A DNA stretch of 64,000 nt, taken from NCBI GenBank assembly GCA_963796455.1, contig CAWCLO010000003.1, forward strand, positions 307,574 through 371,573, given 5' to 3'. Positions 28,205-37,865 of this stretch are shown here, one piece after another. The position numbers were made by a program, and so were the translations under genes. The stretch is from Candidatus Sulfomarinibacteraceae bacterium. Its GTDB lineage: Bacteria > Acidobacteriota > Thermoanaerobaculia > Thermoanaerobaculales > Sulfomarinibacteraceae. The notes below the pieces were generated by a model. That model searched no databases. It was not told where the DNA came from and saw nothing but the letters and a program-made list of their open reading frames with translations. Position 1 is the stretch's first letter. Each line of letters begins with the position of its first letter.

Positions 28205-28963
28205 TCAGTACCACTCCAAAACCCGCACCTCGATCTCGGAATCGACCGACACAAGGCGTTTGAACTCATCGAGATCGCTCATCCCGCCTTTGCCGCGATA
28301 GTGGTAGGGGAAGACAACCTTTGGTTTGAAATCGAGCACCGCGTCGGCGGCGGGGCCGACATCCATGGTGTAAGGGAGGTTCATGCAGACAAAGGCGGCA
28401 TCGATGTCTTCGAGGGCCCGCATCTCCGGGATGTCCTCGGTGTCACCGGCAATGTAGATCCGCGCGCCATCAATCGTCAGCACATACCCGTTGCCCCGGC
28501 CTTTGGGGTGGAATCCCTGTTTTTCGGGATCGAGGTTGTACATAGGAACGGCTTCAATGATCACACCATGCCAGTCGAGAGACTCGCCATTGGCCATAGA
28601 CGCTAGAACTTCACGATCTCCGGCCGGAAAACGCTCCACTACCGCCGGCGGCGCGATGATCTTTGTTCCAGCAGCGGTCAACGCGGCTACGGTCTCGAGC
28701 GACAGGTGATCACCGTGGATATCGGTGATCAGGATCAGATCGACCGTTTGGATCGGCGCAAAGGCCTCCGCTCCACCCACCGGATCGACTGCCACCCGTT
28801 GCCCAGCCCACTCGAGGACAAAGGTCGCGTGCTCGATCGGGCGGATCGTTACCACTCCTCCGTCGGTCGCGATCTGGTTGTCTGCGGCCACCGCGTCCAG
28901 CACCTGCAGCGACAGAACCGTACACATCAAAAGGCCAACGATCGACGGAGTTTTCTTTGTCAC
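28205..28963 (-). CDS. Secreted MBL-fold metallo-hydrolase
   Basis: ITDIHGDH, IYIAGDTE, PYHY; signal peptide. Confidence 0.9.
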   Translation of the reverse strand: MTKKTPSIVGLLMCTVLSLQVLDAVAADNQIATDGGVVTIRPIEHATFVLEWAGQRVAVDPVGGAEAFAPIQTVDLILITDIHGDHLSLETVAALTAAGTKIIAPPAVVERFPAGDREVLASMANGESLDWHGVIIEAVPMYNLDPEKQGFHPKGRGNGYVLTIDGARIYIAGDTEDIPEMRALEDIDAAFVCMNLPYTMDVGPAADAVLDFKPKVVFPYHYRGKGGMSDLDEFKRLVSVDSEIEVRVLEWY

Positions 28964-29101
28964 TTTGCTCTCTCCTTTGAGAATGCGAGGATACCGTAAA
29001 CGCCCTTCGAAGGAGTTCGCTTTTGCGGTCGTTTCCTGAGATCATGGACTCGCTGGTTGCGATATCCTCGCGAGTGGTCCAAAACATTGAGAGGTAGGGT
29101 C

Positions 29102-29539
29102 ATGGACGATCGAAATCTCCTCGGCGATGCGCCGATCGGTAAACTCAGCGGCCACAAGATCCTCGTCGTCGACGACGATGAGGAAATCAGGGTCTTTTTG
29201 ACGACCCTCCTCTCGGACGAGGGCGCGGCGGTCTTCGAAGCCGCCGACGGCGATGAGGCGATCGAGAAGGCCGCAAGCACCAAGCCCGATCTGATCACCC
29301 TCGATCTTTCGATGCCCGGTAAAAACGGGATCGAAGCCTTTACCGAATTACGACAGAATTCCGATACCGAGGAGATCGCGATCTGTGTCATCACCGGCCA
29401 TCCCGAGTTCCGCTCCGTCATCTACGATCGACCGGTCGCCGCCCCTGAAGGCTTCATCAACAAGCCCTGTGATCCCGACCACGTGGTGGATACCCTTCGC
29501 CGCATCCTCCGAATGAAAAAGCGCAAACAGAGGGGCTGA
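29102..29539 (+). CDS. Single-domain response regulator (receiver)
   Basis: ILVVDDD, PDLITLDLSMPGKNG, FINKP. Confidence 0.9.
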   Translation: MDDRNLLGDAPIGKLSGHKILVVDDDEEIRVFLTTLLSDEGAAVFEAADGDEAIEKAASTKPDLITLDLSMPGKNGIEAFTELRQNSDTEEIAICVITGHPEFRSVIYDRPVAAPEGFINKPCDPDHVVDTLRRILRMKKRKQRG

Positions 29540-29548
29540 GTCTCCGCG

Positions 29549-31102
29549 TCATTGCCACCGGTAGCCGACGATGAGACCGTTGAACTCGAGATCAAAATCG
29601 TTGTGGAGGTCGCTCGAATCAAAGATCCACTCCACCCGGCGATGGACCAGGGCGAGATCCCAACTGGTGGCAAATCGCCAGCGAAAACCGAGCGCCCAAT
29701 CAAAATAACGTTTCGATGAGATTGGCGATCCGTCGGCCTCGGCATAAAACACCATGCTCGAGGACGGCCTCACACCGAAGTGGACATGAAGCACCGGGGC
29801 CACCCGCAGGCCTTCGGCCCGAGAGCTTTTTCCGGGCGTACCGGCAGAGTCCTCCTGGACCGTGATTTCAAGGCGTTCGGCAAGCAGATCGACCCCGGCG
29901 CCCGCCTTGAGAGATAGTGCTCGGGTCTCGAGCAATCGATAACGCCACCGGGTTCTCCAGTCATAACCCACGAACTGGGTATCAAGGACCTCGCTGGGCT
30001 CAAAGGTCGCACCGGCGAAGTCGGTTTCGACCTGGAATTGTTCCTCCTCACGGACCTCGAAGGGAGCCAGACGGGTTGATATTTCGTGGCGGTCGCCGAT
30101 TCGCCGATCGATTTCGAGGTTTGCAGTCACGGCCGGGTTATTGCGCTCGCGGAAGCGAAAATCGATTTCGTCTCCAGCTTCGTCGGGCGCCACGACCTGG
30201 TTTTGGAGCACCGTCGATCGGCCGACCTCCCAGACGTACCGCCACCGCCACGGATCACTGGATTCCTGTGGCCGGGGCTCCGTAGTGGATGAACTGCCGG
30301 TTATCTTCAGCGACAGACCCAGTCCACGATCCACCAGCATCGGGTTCAGTGTCACCCGATCTTCGATCGGCGAGACAAAGGTCCAGCCGCTGATCAGGGC
30401 GATGCTCATCCCCGAGATCACATCGTCGAGATAGTGGCGCTCGGCACTGACCCTGCTGAGCCCGGTGAAGCTTGCCAGAACATAGGCCGGCACGCCCCAC
30501 CGCGGACCATAACGCCGATGGAGGAAGGAGGCACCCGAAAAGGCCGCCTGGGTGTGGGCCGAGGGGAAAGAGTCAAAGTCGGCGGCCGATGGCGTCCGTT
30601 TTTCAACCCCGTACTTGAGGCCATAGGTTGCGGCGGTGCCAACACCGAACTGGATGCCGTACTGCATAGCCCCAGGACCGTCGCCGGCGATCCAGGTCGC
30701 GCCCAGGGCCGAGCCCGGCAACAGGTATTGCAGGAGATCGCCGAGTTTTTCCTCGTCGTCCGCCGATCCCGTATTGAGGATCACGACGCCGCCGGCCGCA
30801 AAGACCCCTGTCAGAATCCAGCTCGTCGTCGTCATCCCGCCCACCACCCGCCGCCGCCGTTTTTCCAATCCGGTAGCGGGAGGTTCTGCAGCCGGAGCAG
30901 GGGCTTGTTGAAGATCCAACATTACCGGGGCGGCAGTCGGCCGAATCGGAATCAGGACGGTTGATTCGAGCCCGAGAGAAAAGCCGGGCTCAACCGGTTC
31001 TCCATCATCCCCATCGGCTCCGCCGGCCATCGCGACGAGCGTGAGCGCCGCGACAATCCCCACGCGAAACCACCATCGGGCCGAAAGAGGCGATCGATCC
31101 AC
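29549..31102 (-). CDS. PAP2-family phosphatase fused to a C-terminal putative outer-membrane beta-barrel
   Basis: K..VEKRTP, SFPSAH, SRV...RHYLDDV; C-terminal alternating strands ending IVGYRWQ. Confidence 0.8.
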   Translation of the reverse strand: MDRSPLSARWWFRVGIVAALTLVAMAGGADGDDGEPVEPGFSLGLESTVLIPIRPTAAPVMLDLQQAPAPAAEPPATGLEKRRRRVVGGMTTTSWILTGVFAAGGVVILNTGSADDEEKLGDLLQYLLPGSALGATWIAGDGPGAMQYGIQFGVGTAATYGLKYGVEKRTPSAADFDSFPSAHTQAAFSGASFLHRRYGPRWGVPAYVLASFTGLSRVSAERHYLDDVISGMSIALISGWTFVSPIEDRVTLNPMLVDRGLGLSLKITGSSSTTEPRPQESSDPWRWRYVWEVGRSTVLQNQVVAPDEAGDEIDFRFRERNNPAVTANLEIDRRIGDRHEISTRLAPFEVREEEQFQVETDFAGATFEPSEVLDTQFVGYDWRTRWRYRLLETRALSLKAGAGVDLLAERLEITVQEDSAGTPGKSSRAEGLRVAPVLHVHFGVRPSSSMVFYAEADGSPISSKRYFDWALGFRWRFATSWDLALVHRRVEWIFDSSDLHNDFDLEFNGLIVGYRWQ

Positions 31103-31138
31103 TCATACCAGCCTACCGCCGCCCAGGTGGACTGCAAA

Positions 31139-31933
31139 TCAGGGCGCGATCTTTTGCGAATAGATGAGGTCGAAGGAGGCCTCGCTGTCGGCCGGGTTGT
31201 GTATCTCGAAGACGACCCCTGCAGGCAGGAACGACATCTCTCCGGCTCGCACGATCACCGGTTCACGGTCACGAGCCCGAACGACGACCCGGCCGGTACG
31301 ACCGATGACCATCCACCGGTTGCCACCCGTGCTCGGTCGCGGGATGACTTCACCCGGCGCGATCCGTCTGCGGTCGATTCCAAAGCCCCCGGTCTCGAAT
31401 CCCATCATCTCGAGATCCGTCTTTTCCGGCGAGGCCGTCCGGATTTTTGCCGGCGCGGGCGGCGCCGTACGGGAGCCCCCGATTTCGGCGCCCAAGACAT
31501 CCATGCGAAGAGCCAGTGAATAGTCGGGCACCGCGACTCCGGGTCGAAAGGAATGATGCTGCCAGTGATCGACCCGCGCGTGGGGAAAGACCTTCTGATA
31601 GAAACGGCCCTCGATCACGATACCCCGGCCCGCACAATCGAGGGGGAAGGTGTGGGCGAGACCGGGGAAATTGACCACGATGCCCTCTCCCCCGCCATCC
31701 GTCGGCACCACCTCGACAAAACACCCTTCGTGGGTACAGACCGACGCGATCCGACCTTCGATTCGCAGGTGGCGATCATGGAACGAGTCAGGATCGTCGA
31801 GAATCGCCTGAATCGGGGTCGCATCGAGATCCTGGAGCGGCTCGCCAAGCCGCAGCCATGCCTCTCCCGCAGCCACCGAAAAGCCGTAAATCAGCACCAA
31901 CGTCGCAATGAGAAATCCGTGCGTTTTCCCCAT
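31139..31933 (-). CDS. Secreted DUF4920-like OB-fold plus cupin-like protein
   Basis: IEGRIASVCTHEGCFVEV; C-terminal VRAGEMSFLPAGVVFEIHN. Confidence 0.6.
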   Translation of the reverse strand: MGKTHGFLIATLVLIYGFSVAAGEAWLRLGEPLQDLDATPIQAILDDPDSFHDRHLRIEGRIASVCTHEGCFVEVVPTDGGGEGIVVNFPGLAHTFPLDCAGRGIVIEGRFYQKVFPHARVDHWQHHSFRPGVAVPDYSLALRMDVLGAEIGGSRTAPPAPAKIRTASPEKTDLEMMGFETGGFGIDRRRIAPGEVIPRPSTGGNRWMVIGRTGRVVVRARDREPVIVRAGEMSFLPAGVVFEIHNPADSEASFDLIYSQKIAP

Positions 31934-32049
31934 GAACCATTCCCCCAATCCTGCCGATTCCAGGACAAGATTATAGGGGGGCCGCAGCAATTTTGCGGGC
32001 GTAAAAACCTACTTTGTCGCGATACCGCAATGCTCGATGAAGTTTGAGC

Positions 32050-33443
32050 TCACTGCAGGTATCCAAGCGCCCGGAGTCGTTCCCGCGCAGCATCCGAAAC
32101 CCGAAGAGCTTCTTCCGCATCAACTCCCTGCTCGAAGCGGAGACGCCAACGACCGAGCGCCTCTTCGAGATCGGCCACCGCTGCATCACCCTGGCGGAAG
32201 AGGTCGTTCTGTTCCAGGGGGTCGTTCTCGAGGTCGTAGAGTTGCCGCCCATCCGTGGAGAGCTCGGATATGAGCTTGAATCGACCATCATCAACACTTC
32301 GCAGATCGTCCTGGAGGCTGAAGACAAAATCGTGCACCGCCTGATTCTGCTCGATGAGGGACCGGAGCGATCTGCCTTCAAGGCCGATATCTGAATAGTC
32401 GATCCCCAGGTAATCCAGAATCGTCGGTACGATATCGACGTTTTCGACCATCGCCGCGACCGGCCCATCGTTCACCACCCCGGGGATGCTCATCACCAGC
32501 GGGGTCTTCGTCGTCGCATCAAAAAGAGAATGACAGTGTTTGACGTGCCCATGCTCCTGGAGGAAATCCTCACCATGATCCGATGCGAGGACGATGATGG
32601 TGTTCTCCATGAGGTGACGGCGGCGAAGAGCACCAAGCAGCGCGCCGAACTCGGAGTCAAAAAATGAGATCTCCTCGTCGTAGAGATCCACCAGGTGATC
32701 GAGATCTGCATCGTTCAAAGGTAGCGGCGGCCCGCTGCGGTAGACCATCAGCTCCATCGGGTTCGGATTTCCCGCCTGGATAAAGCCAGGGCCCTGATTC
32801 TCCCCCGCCCACCGGCGTTTGAAATGCCGTGGCGGCCGGTAGGGATCGTGCGGATCGAAGTAATGCAGATAGGCCAGAAAAGGCTGTCGAACCCGCGACA
32901 GGTACTCGAGGGCCTGTCGGTTGACACAGTCCGCCGATCCCCGCATGCACTGCTCATCGAAGAAATCGAAGCCGCGCCCGAAGTCGCCGTGGGGCTCGCT
33001 CTCGGTCGCCGGTCGGCGCATGATCGGACTGGCCGTCACCGCAAAGGTCGCCATCCCGTTGGCGGCGGCGATTTCCGCAAGCGACAAGGTGTGTTCGGGA
33101 ATGCCCATCTCCCCGTTCGGCTGATTCAAAAAGCGATAGGGATAGGTGGAGGTCAAGAGCGAGTTGACCGAAGGAAAGGTGCACGAAGCCTGGCTCCGAA
33201 CCCTCGAAAACAGCAGATTGTCGTCCGCAAAACGATCAAGATTGGGGCTGGTGTCCCTCGAATAGCCATAGCAGCCGAGATGATCGGCGCGCAGGGTATC
33301 GACGACCACTACAATGACGTTGCGAATCTCCGGCTCAGCCGACGGCTCCGACCTGCAGCCGACGAGGATCCCCATAGCGGCCGTCGCGACGATCAACCAT
33401 TCGAACCCGTATTTTTTCAAGCCAATCACATCCACTCCCGGCA
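32050..33443 (-). CDS. Sulfatase-like hydrolase/transferase, probable lipoprotein (start uncertain)
   Basis: VVDTLRADHLGCYGY, HYFDPHDPY, ASDHGE, DIVPTILD, LYDLENDPLE, LRALGY; LVGC lipobox. Confidence 0.9.
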
Positions 33444-33553
33444 TCGAGAAACTGCATCCACTTTCGATTGTAACGGTGAGCTCTCGGCGATCACGCCAAC
33501 GGGAGCAGACGCGCCTTGACTCGGAGCGACCGGATTGAGGAGAATGCCGGGTC

Positions 33554-34699
33554 ATGATCAATACCAATTCTCATTTCGCTCGCCGAGGTGTTCTTCTACC
33601 TCTCGTCGTTGTCGTCGGACTGACCGTTGGATGTGGGAAACCGCCTGCTACGCCAGCCCCTACAGCCCCCGAAGTCGTCGTCTCGACGGCGACCCAGCGC
33701 GATGTCACCATCGTCCACGAGTTCGTCGGGACCACCCAGGCCCGCGAATCGGTGGAGATCCGCGCCCGGGTCCAGGGCTTTCTCGAAGAAATCAACTTCG
33801 AACCCAGCTCCTACGTGCGCCGGGGCCAAAAGCTCTTTCTCATCGAGCCCGGGCCCTACAAGGCACGGCTCGAGCAGGCCGAGGCGAACATGAAATCAGC
33901 CGAGGCCGGTCTGCAACGAACCGAGTCCGACCTCGACCGGCTCGAACTGGCGGTCCAGACCAACGCGGTGAGCGAGCAGGAGGTCACCCGTGCCCGGGCC
34001 GAGCGCGATCAGGCATCAGCCGGGCTGCTCCAGACGCAGGCAGCGCTGACCAACGCCCAGATCGACCTCAGTTATACGACGATCGAATCGCCGCTGAACG
34101 GTCTCGTGAGCCGCAACTTCGTCGACCTCGGCAACCTGGTCGGTGGCAGTGAGGCGACCCTTCTCGCAACAGTGCGACGGATTGACCCGATCTTTGCGTA
34201 TTTCGAGGTCTCCGAGAGGTTTATGGCAAAGACTCTCGAACAACGGGGTGGTCACGGTGATCCGGGTAAGGGTGAAGATCTCCCTGCCACCCTGCTCCTC
34301 AAGGAGACCGGGTTGGCTATCGAAGGCAAGGTCGATGCGGTGGACAACACCGTCGATGCGGCCACCGGCACGATTCAACTGCGCGCGATTTTTCCCAACC
34401 CCGACAACAAGATCTTTCCGGGTTTCTTCTGTCACGTGCAACTGCCGGGTGAAGAACTCCCGAACGCCGTGCTGGTCCAGGAGACCGCGCTCGGCACCGA
34501 CCTGGGCGGCCGCTACGTCATGGTGGTTGGCGATGGCAATGTGGTCGAGAGGCGGTATATCGAGCCCGGCCCCCTCCAGGAAGACAACACCCGCGTGATC
34601 CTCTCTGGTCTCGAGCCCGGCGAGCGCTATATCTCGGAAGGTCTGCAGCGTGCACGACCGGGGATGCCTGTGACACCAAAAGAAGCAGCAGGGCAGTAG
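33554..34699 (+). CDS. RND efflux periplasmic adaptor subunit
   Basis: VEIRARVQGFL, LSYTTIESPLNG, TGTIQLRAIFPN; lipobox VGC. Confidence 0.95.
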   Translation: MINTNSHFARRGVLLPLVVVVGLTVGCGKPPATPAPTAPEVVVSTATQRDVTIVHEFVGTTQARESVEIRARVQGFLEEINFEPSSYVRRGQKLFLIEPGPYKARLEQAEANMKSAEAGLQRTESDLDRLELAVQTNAVSEQEVTRARAERDQASAGLLQTQAALTNAQIDLSYTTIESPLNGLVSRNFVDLGNLVGGSEATLLATVRRIDPIFAYFEVSERFMAKTLEQRGGHGDPGKGEDLPATLLLKETGLAIEGKVDAVDNTVDAATGTIQLRAIFPNPDNKIFPGFFCHVQLPGEELPNAVLVQETALGTDLGGRYVMVVGDGNVVERRYIEPGPLQEDNTRVILSGLEPGERYISEGLQRARPGMPVTPKEAAGQ

Positions 34700-34702
34700 G
34701 CC

Positions 34703-37700
34703 ATGTTCAGCCGCTTTTTTATCTACCGTCCGATCTTTGCATCGGTCATTGCGATCGTCATCGTGCTTGTGGGCGGGCTTTCAATCCCGCTCCTGCCGAT
34801 CGAAAGCATGCCCGCCATCACGCCGCCGTCGGTGCAGGTTTCGACCTCCTACCCCGGTGCCGGAGCCGGCGTGGTGGCGGAGAGCGTGACCGCCCCGATG
34901 GAAGAGAAGATCAATGGCGTCGAGAACATGCTCTACATGTCGTCGAAATCGGCCTCCGACGGTTCCTGCAACATCACCATCACCTTCGAGGTCGGCACGG
35001 ATGTGGACATGGCCACTGTCCTGGTCCAGAACCGGGTCAACGAGGCCACGCCCGTGCTCCCCGAGGAAGTTAAACGCCAGGGCGTCAAGGTCGAAAAACA
35101 GTCGACCAACATCACCCTCATGATCAACATGTTGTCGCCCGACGGCACCTTTGACGACCTCTATATCTCCAACTACACCACCACCCGAATCAAGGACGTG
35201 CTGGCGCGAATCAACGGCGTTTCCAAGGTCGAGGTCTTCGGCGCCAAGGACTTCGGAATGCGGGTGTGGATCAACCCCGACCGGCTGCGCGCGCGCGGCC
35301 TCACGACCATGGATCTCACCAACGCCCTGCGTGAACAAAACGTTCAGGTGGCCGCGGGACAGATCGGCGGCCAGCCGGCGCCAAAAGATCAGCCCTTCGA
35401 GTACTCGATCTCCACCCTCGGCCGGCTGCAGACCGTGGAACAGTTCGAAAATATCATCGTCAAACGCGGTGAGCAGGGGCAGCTCGTGCGGGTTCGCGAC
35501 GTGGCCCGCGTCGAACTCGGCGCCCAGAGCTACAAGTGGTTCGCAAAATTGGACGGAGCGCCGTCGATCGCAGTTGCGGTCTACCCTGCACCCGGAGCCA
35601 ACGCCCTCAACGTGGCCGAAGGCATCAAGGCCGAAATGGACCGACTCCGGAAAGACTTCCCCGAGGGCCTCGAGGCCCGCATCCTCTACGACACCACCGA
35701 GTACATTCTGCAATCGCTCAAAGAGGTCGTGACCACTCTGATCATCGCCATCCTGCTGGTGATCTTCACGGTCTACATCTTCCTCCAGGACTTCCGCACC
35801 ACACTGGTCCCGGCGGTCACCATACCGGTTTCCCTGCTCGGCACCTTTGCGGTCATGCTCGCCCTCGGTCTGTCCATCAACGGGCTCACCATGTTCGGGT
35901 TGATTCTGGTGATCGGCATCGTCGTCGACGACGCCATCGTGGTGGTGGAAAACACCATGCGCATCATCGACACCGAGGGCCTCGATGCGAAGGCAGCCAC
36001 CGCGAAATCGATGCTCGAGATCACCGGTCCGGTGGTCGCGACGACCCTGGTGCTGTTGGCGGTCTTTGTCCCCACCATCGTCATGCCAGGTATCACCGGC
36101 CGGCTTTACCGGCCGTTCGCGATTACCATCTCGGTGGCGACTCTCTTTTCATCGCTCAACGCGCTGACTCTCAGCCCGGCGCTGTGTGGCATGCTCCTGC
36201 GGCCCTCGGTGGAACGCAAAAAGGGGTTCTTCGGGCTCTTCAACCGGATATTGGACACGGGCACCACCCGCTACGGATCAATCGTCAAATTGCTGCTCCG
36301 CCGCTCGGTCTTCACAGCAATCATCGTCGGTGGGCTCCTGGTGGCCACGTACTTCGGAATGATCGCCATGCCCGCCGGTTTCGTCCCCTCCGAGGACGAA
36401 GGCTACTTCATGGTTGCGGCACAGCTTCCCGACGCGACCTCCCTCGGGCGAACCGAAGAAGTCCTCGACGAGATCTCAGCCATCCTCGATGAGACCGAAG
36501 GCATCCGCGGCGTCATCGCGGTCGGTGGCTATTCATTGCTCGATACGGTCGTGTCGCCAAACGCGGGCGCCTTCTGGGTAGTGCTCGATCACTGGGACGA
36601 ACGATCCACTCCGGAGACCCAGATCCAGGCCATGGTCGATAGCCTGAACCGCCGTTTCTCTCAGGTTCAGGGAGCGGTGGTCTTCGCCACCCGGCCGCCA
36701 CCGATCCAAGGCCTGGGTGCCACCGGCGGATTCCAGATGGAGCTTCAGGATGTCGGCGGATCCGGCCTCGAGCTCTTGCAGCAGGTAGCCAATGACCTCG
36801 TGGAGCAGGGTCGTGAGAGCCCGGTTCTCACGAGCATGAACACGACTTTCCGGGCCGGCGTGCCGCAGCTCTTCCTCGAGGTCGACCGCGAAAAGGCCAA
36901 GCGTCTCGACGTGCCCCTTTCGGTCATCTTCGACACGCTCCAGGCCAACCTCGGATCGGCCTATGTCAACGACTTCAATATTTTCGGCCGGGTCTGGAAG
37001 GTCATGATTCAGGCCGACGAGCCCTACCGGATCGAACGAGCCGACATCACCAAACTCCAGGTTCGCTCCAACTCGGGCAGAATGGTCCCGTTGGCGACCC
37101 TGGTCGACGTTCAGGACACCGTCGGCCCAACAGTTCAAGCCCGCTACAACCTCTACTCCTCGGCATCGATCACCGGAGATGCCGCCGCCGGCTTCAGCTC
37201 CGGTCAGTCGATCGCGACGATGGAGGAGATCGCCCGCAATTCGATGCCGCCCTCGATGAGCTTCGAGTGGACCGGGGTGACCTACCAGCAACTCGCCGCC
37301 GGTGGCGCTGCCGGGTTCATCTTTGCGCTGGCCATCGTTTTTGTTTATCTCTTCCTGGCCGCCCAGTACGAAAGTTGGACCCTGCCCTTCGGCATCATCT
37401 TTTCGGTTCCCATCGCGATCCTGGGTGCGTCCATCCTGACCCTGGCTCGAGGTCTCGACAACAACGTCTACACCCAGATCGGATTCGTTCTGCTGATCGG
37501 TCTCTCGGCCAAGAACGCGATCCTCATCGTCGAGTTTGCCAACCAACTTCGGCAGAGTGGGAAAACCGCCTTCGAAGCGGCTCGGGAAGCTTCAAGGCTC
37601 CGATTCCGGCCGATTCTCATGACCGCATTGAGCTTCATCCTCGGCGTTCTGCCATTGCTCTTCGCCACAGGTGCCGGGGCTGCTAGCCGCGTCGCTCTCG

Positions 37701-37855
37701 GGACCGCGGTTTTTGGCGGGATGGCCTTTGCGACAGTCTTCGGCATCTTTGTCATTCCATGGCTCTACTTCGTGGTTCAGAGCCTGAGTGAAAAAATCGC
37801 CGGCACCAAGACACCCACAGATCCGGAACCGGCAGCCGCCGCCACCGAGAGCTGA
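34703..37855 (+). CDS. RND efflux permease (AcrB/HAE1 family)
   Basis: FFIYRPIFASVIAI, GIVVDDAIVVVEN, KNAILIVEFA, RFRPILMT. Confidence 0.97.
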   Translation: MFSRFFIYRPIFASVIAIVIVLVGGLSIPLLPIESMPAITPPSVQVSTSYPGAGAGVVAESVTAPMEEKINGVENMLYMSSKSASDGSCNITITFEVGTDVDMATVLVQNRVNEATPVLPEEVKRQGVKVEKQSTNITLMINMLSPDGTFDDLYISNYTTTRIKDVLARINGVSKVEVFGAKDFGMRVWINPDRLRARGLTTMDLTNALREQNVQVAAGQIGGQPAPKDQPFEYSISTLGRLQTVEQFENIIVKRGEQGQLVRVRDVARVELGAQSYKWFAKLDGAPSIAVAVYPAPGANALNVAEGIKAEMDRLRKDFPEGLEARILYDTTEYILQSLKEVVTTLIIAILLVIFTVYIFLQDFRTTLVPAVTIPVSLLGTFAVMLALGLSINGLTMFGLILVIGIVVDDAIVVVENTMRIIDTEGLDAKAATAKSMLEITGPVVATTLVLLAVFVPTIVMPGITGRLYRPFAITISVATLFSSLNALTLSPALCGMLLRPSVERKKGFFGLFNRILDTGTTRYGSIVKLLLRRSVFTAIIVGGLLVATYFGMIAMPAGFVPSEDEGYFMVAAQLPDATSLGRTEEVLDEISAILDETEGIRGVIAVGGYSLLDTVVSPNAGAFWVVLDHWDERSTPETQIQAMVDSLNRRFSQVQGAVVFATRPPPIQGLGATGGFQMELQDVGGSGLELLQQVANDLVEQGRESPVLTSMNTTFRAGVPQLFLEVDREKAKRLDVPLSVIFDTLQANLGSAYVNDFNIFGRVWKVMIQADEPYRIERADITKLQVRSNSGRMVPLATLVDVQDTVGPTVQARYNLYSSASITGDAAAGFSSGQSIATMEEIARNSMPPSMSFEWTGVTYQQLAAGGAAGFIFALAIVFVYLFLAAQYESWTLPFGIIFSVPIAILGASILTLARGLDNNVYTQIGFVLLIGLSAKNAILIVEFANQLRQSGKTAFEAAREASRLRFRPILMTALSFILGVLPLLFATGAGAASRVALGTAVFGGMAFATVFGIFVIPWLYFVVQSLSEKIAGTKTPTDPEPAAAATES

Positions 37856-37865
37856 GGAACGAGCT

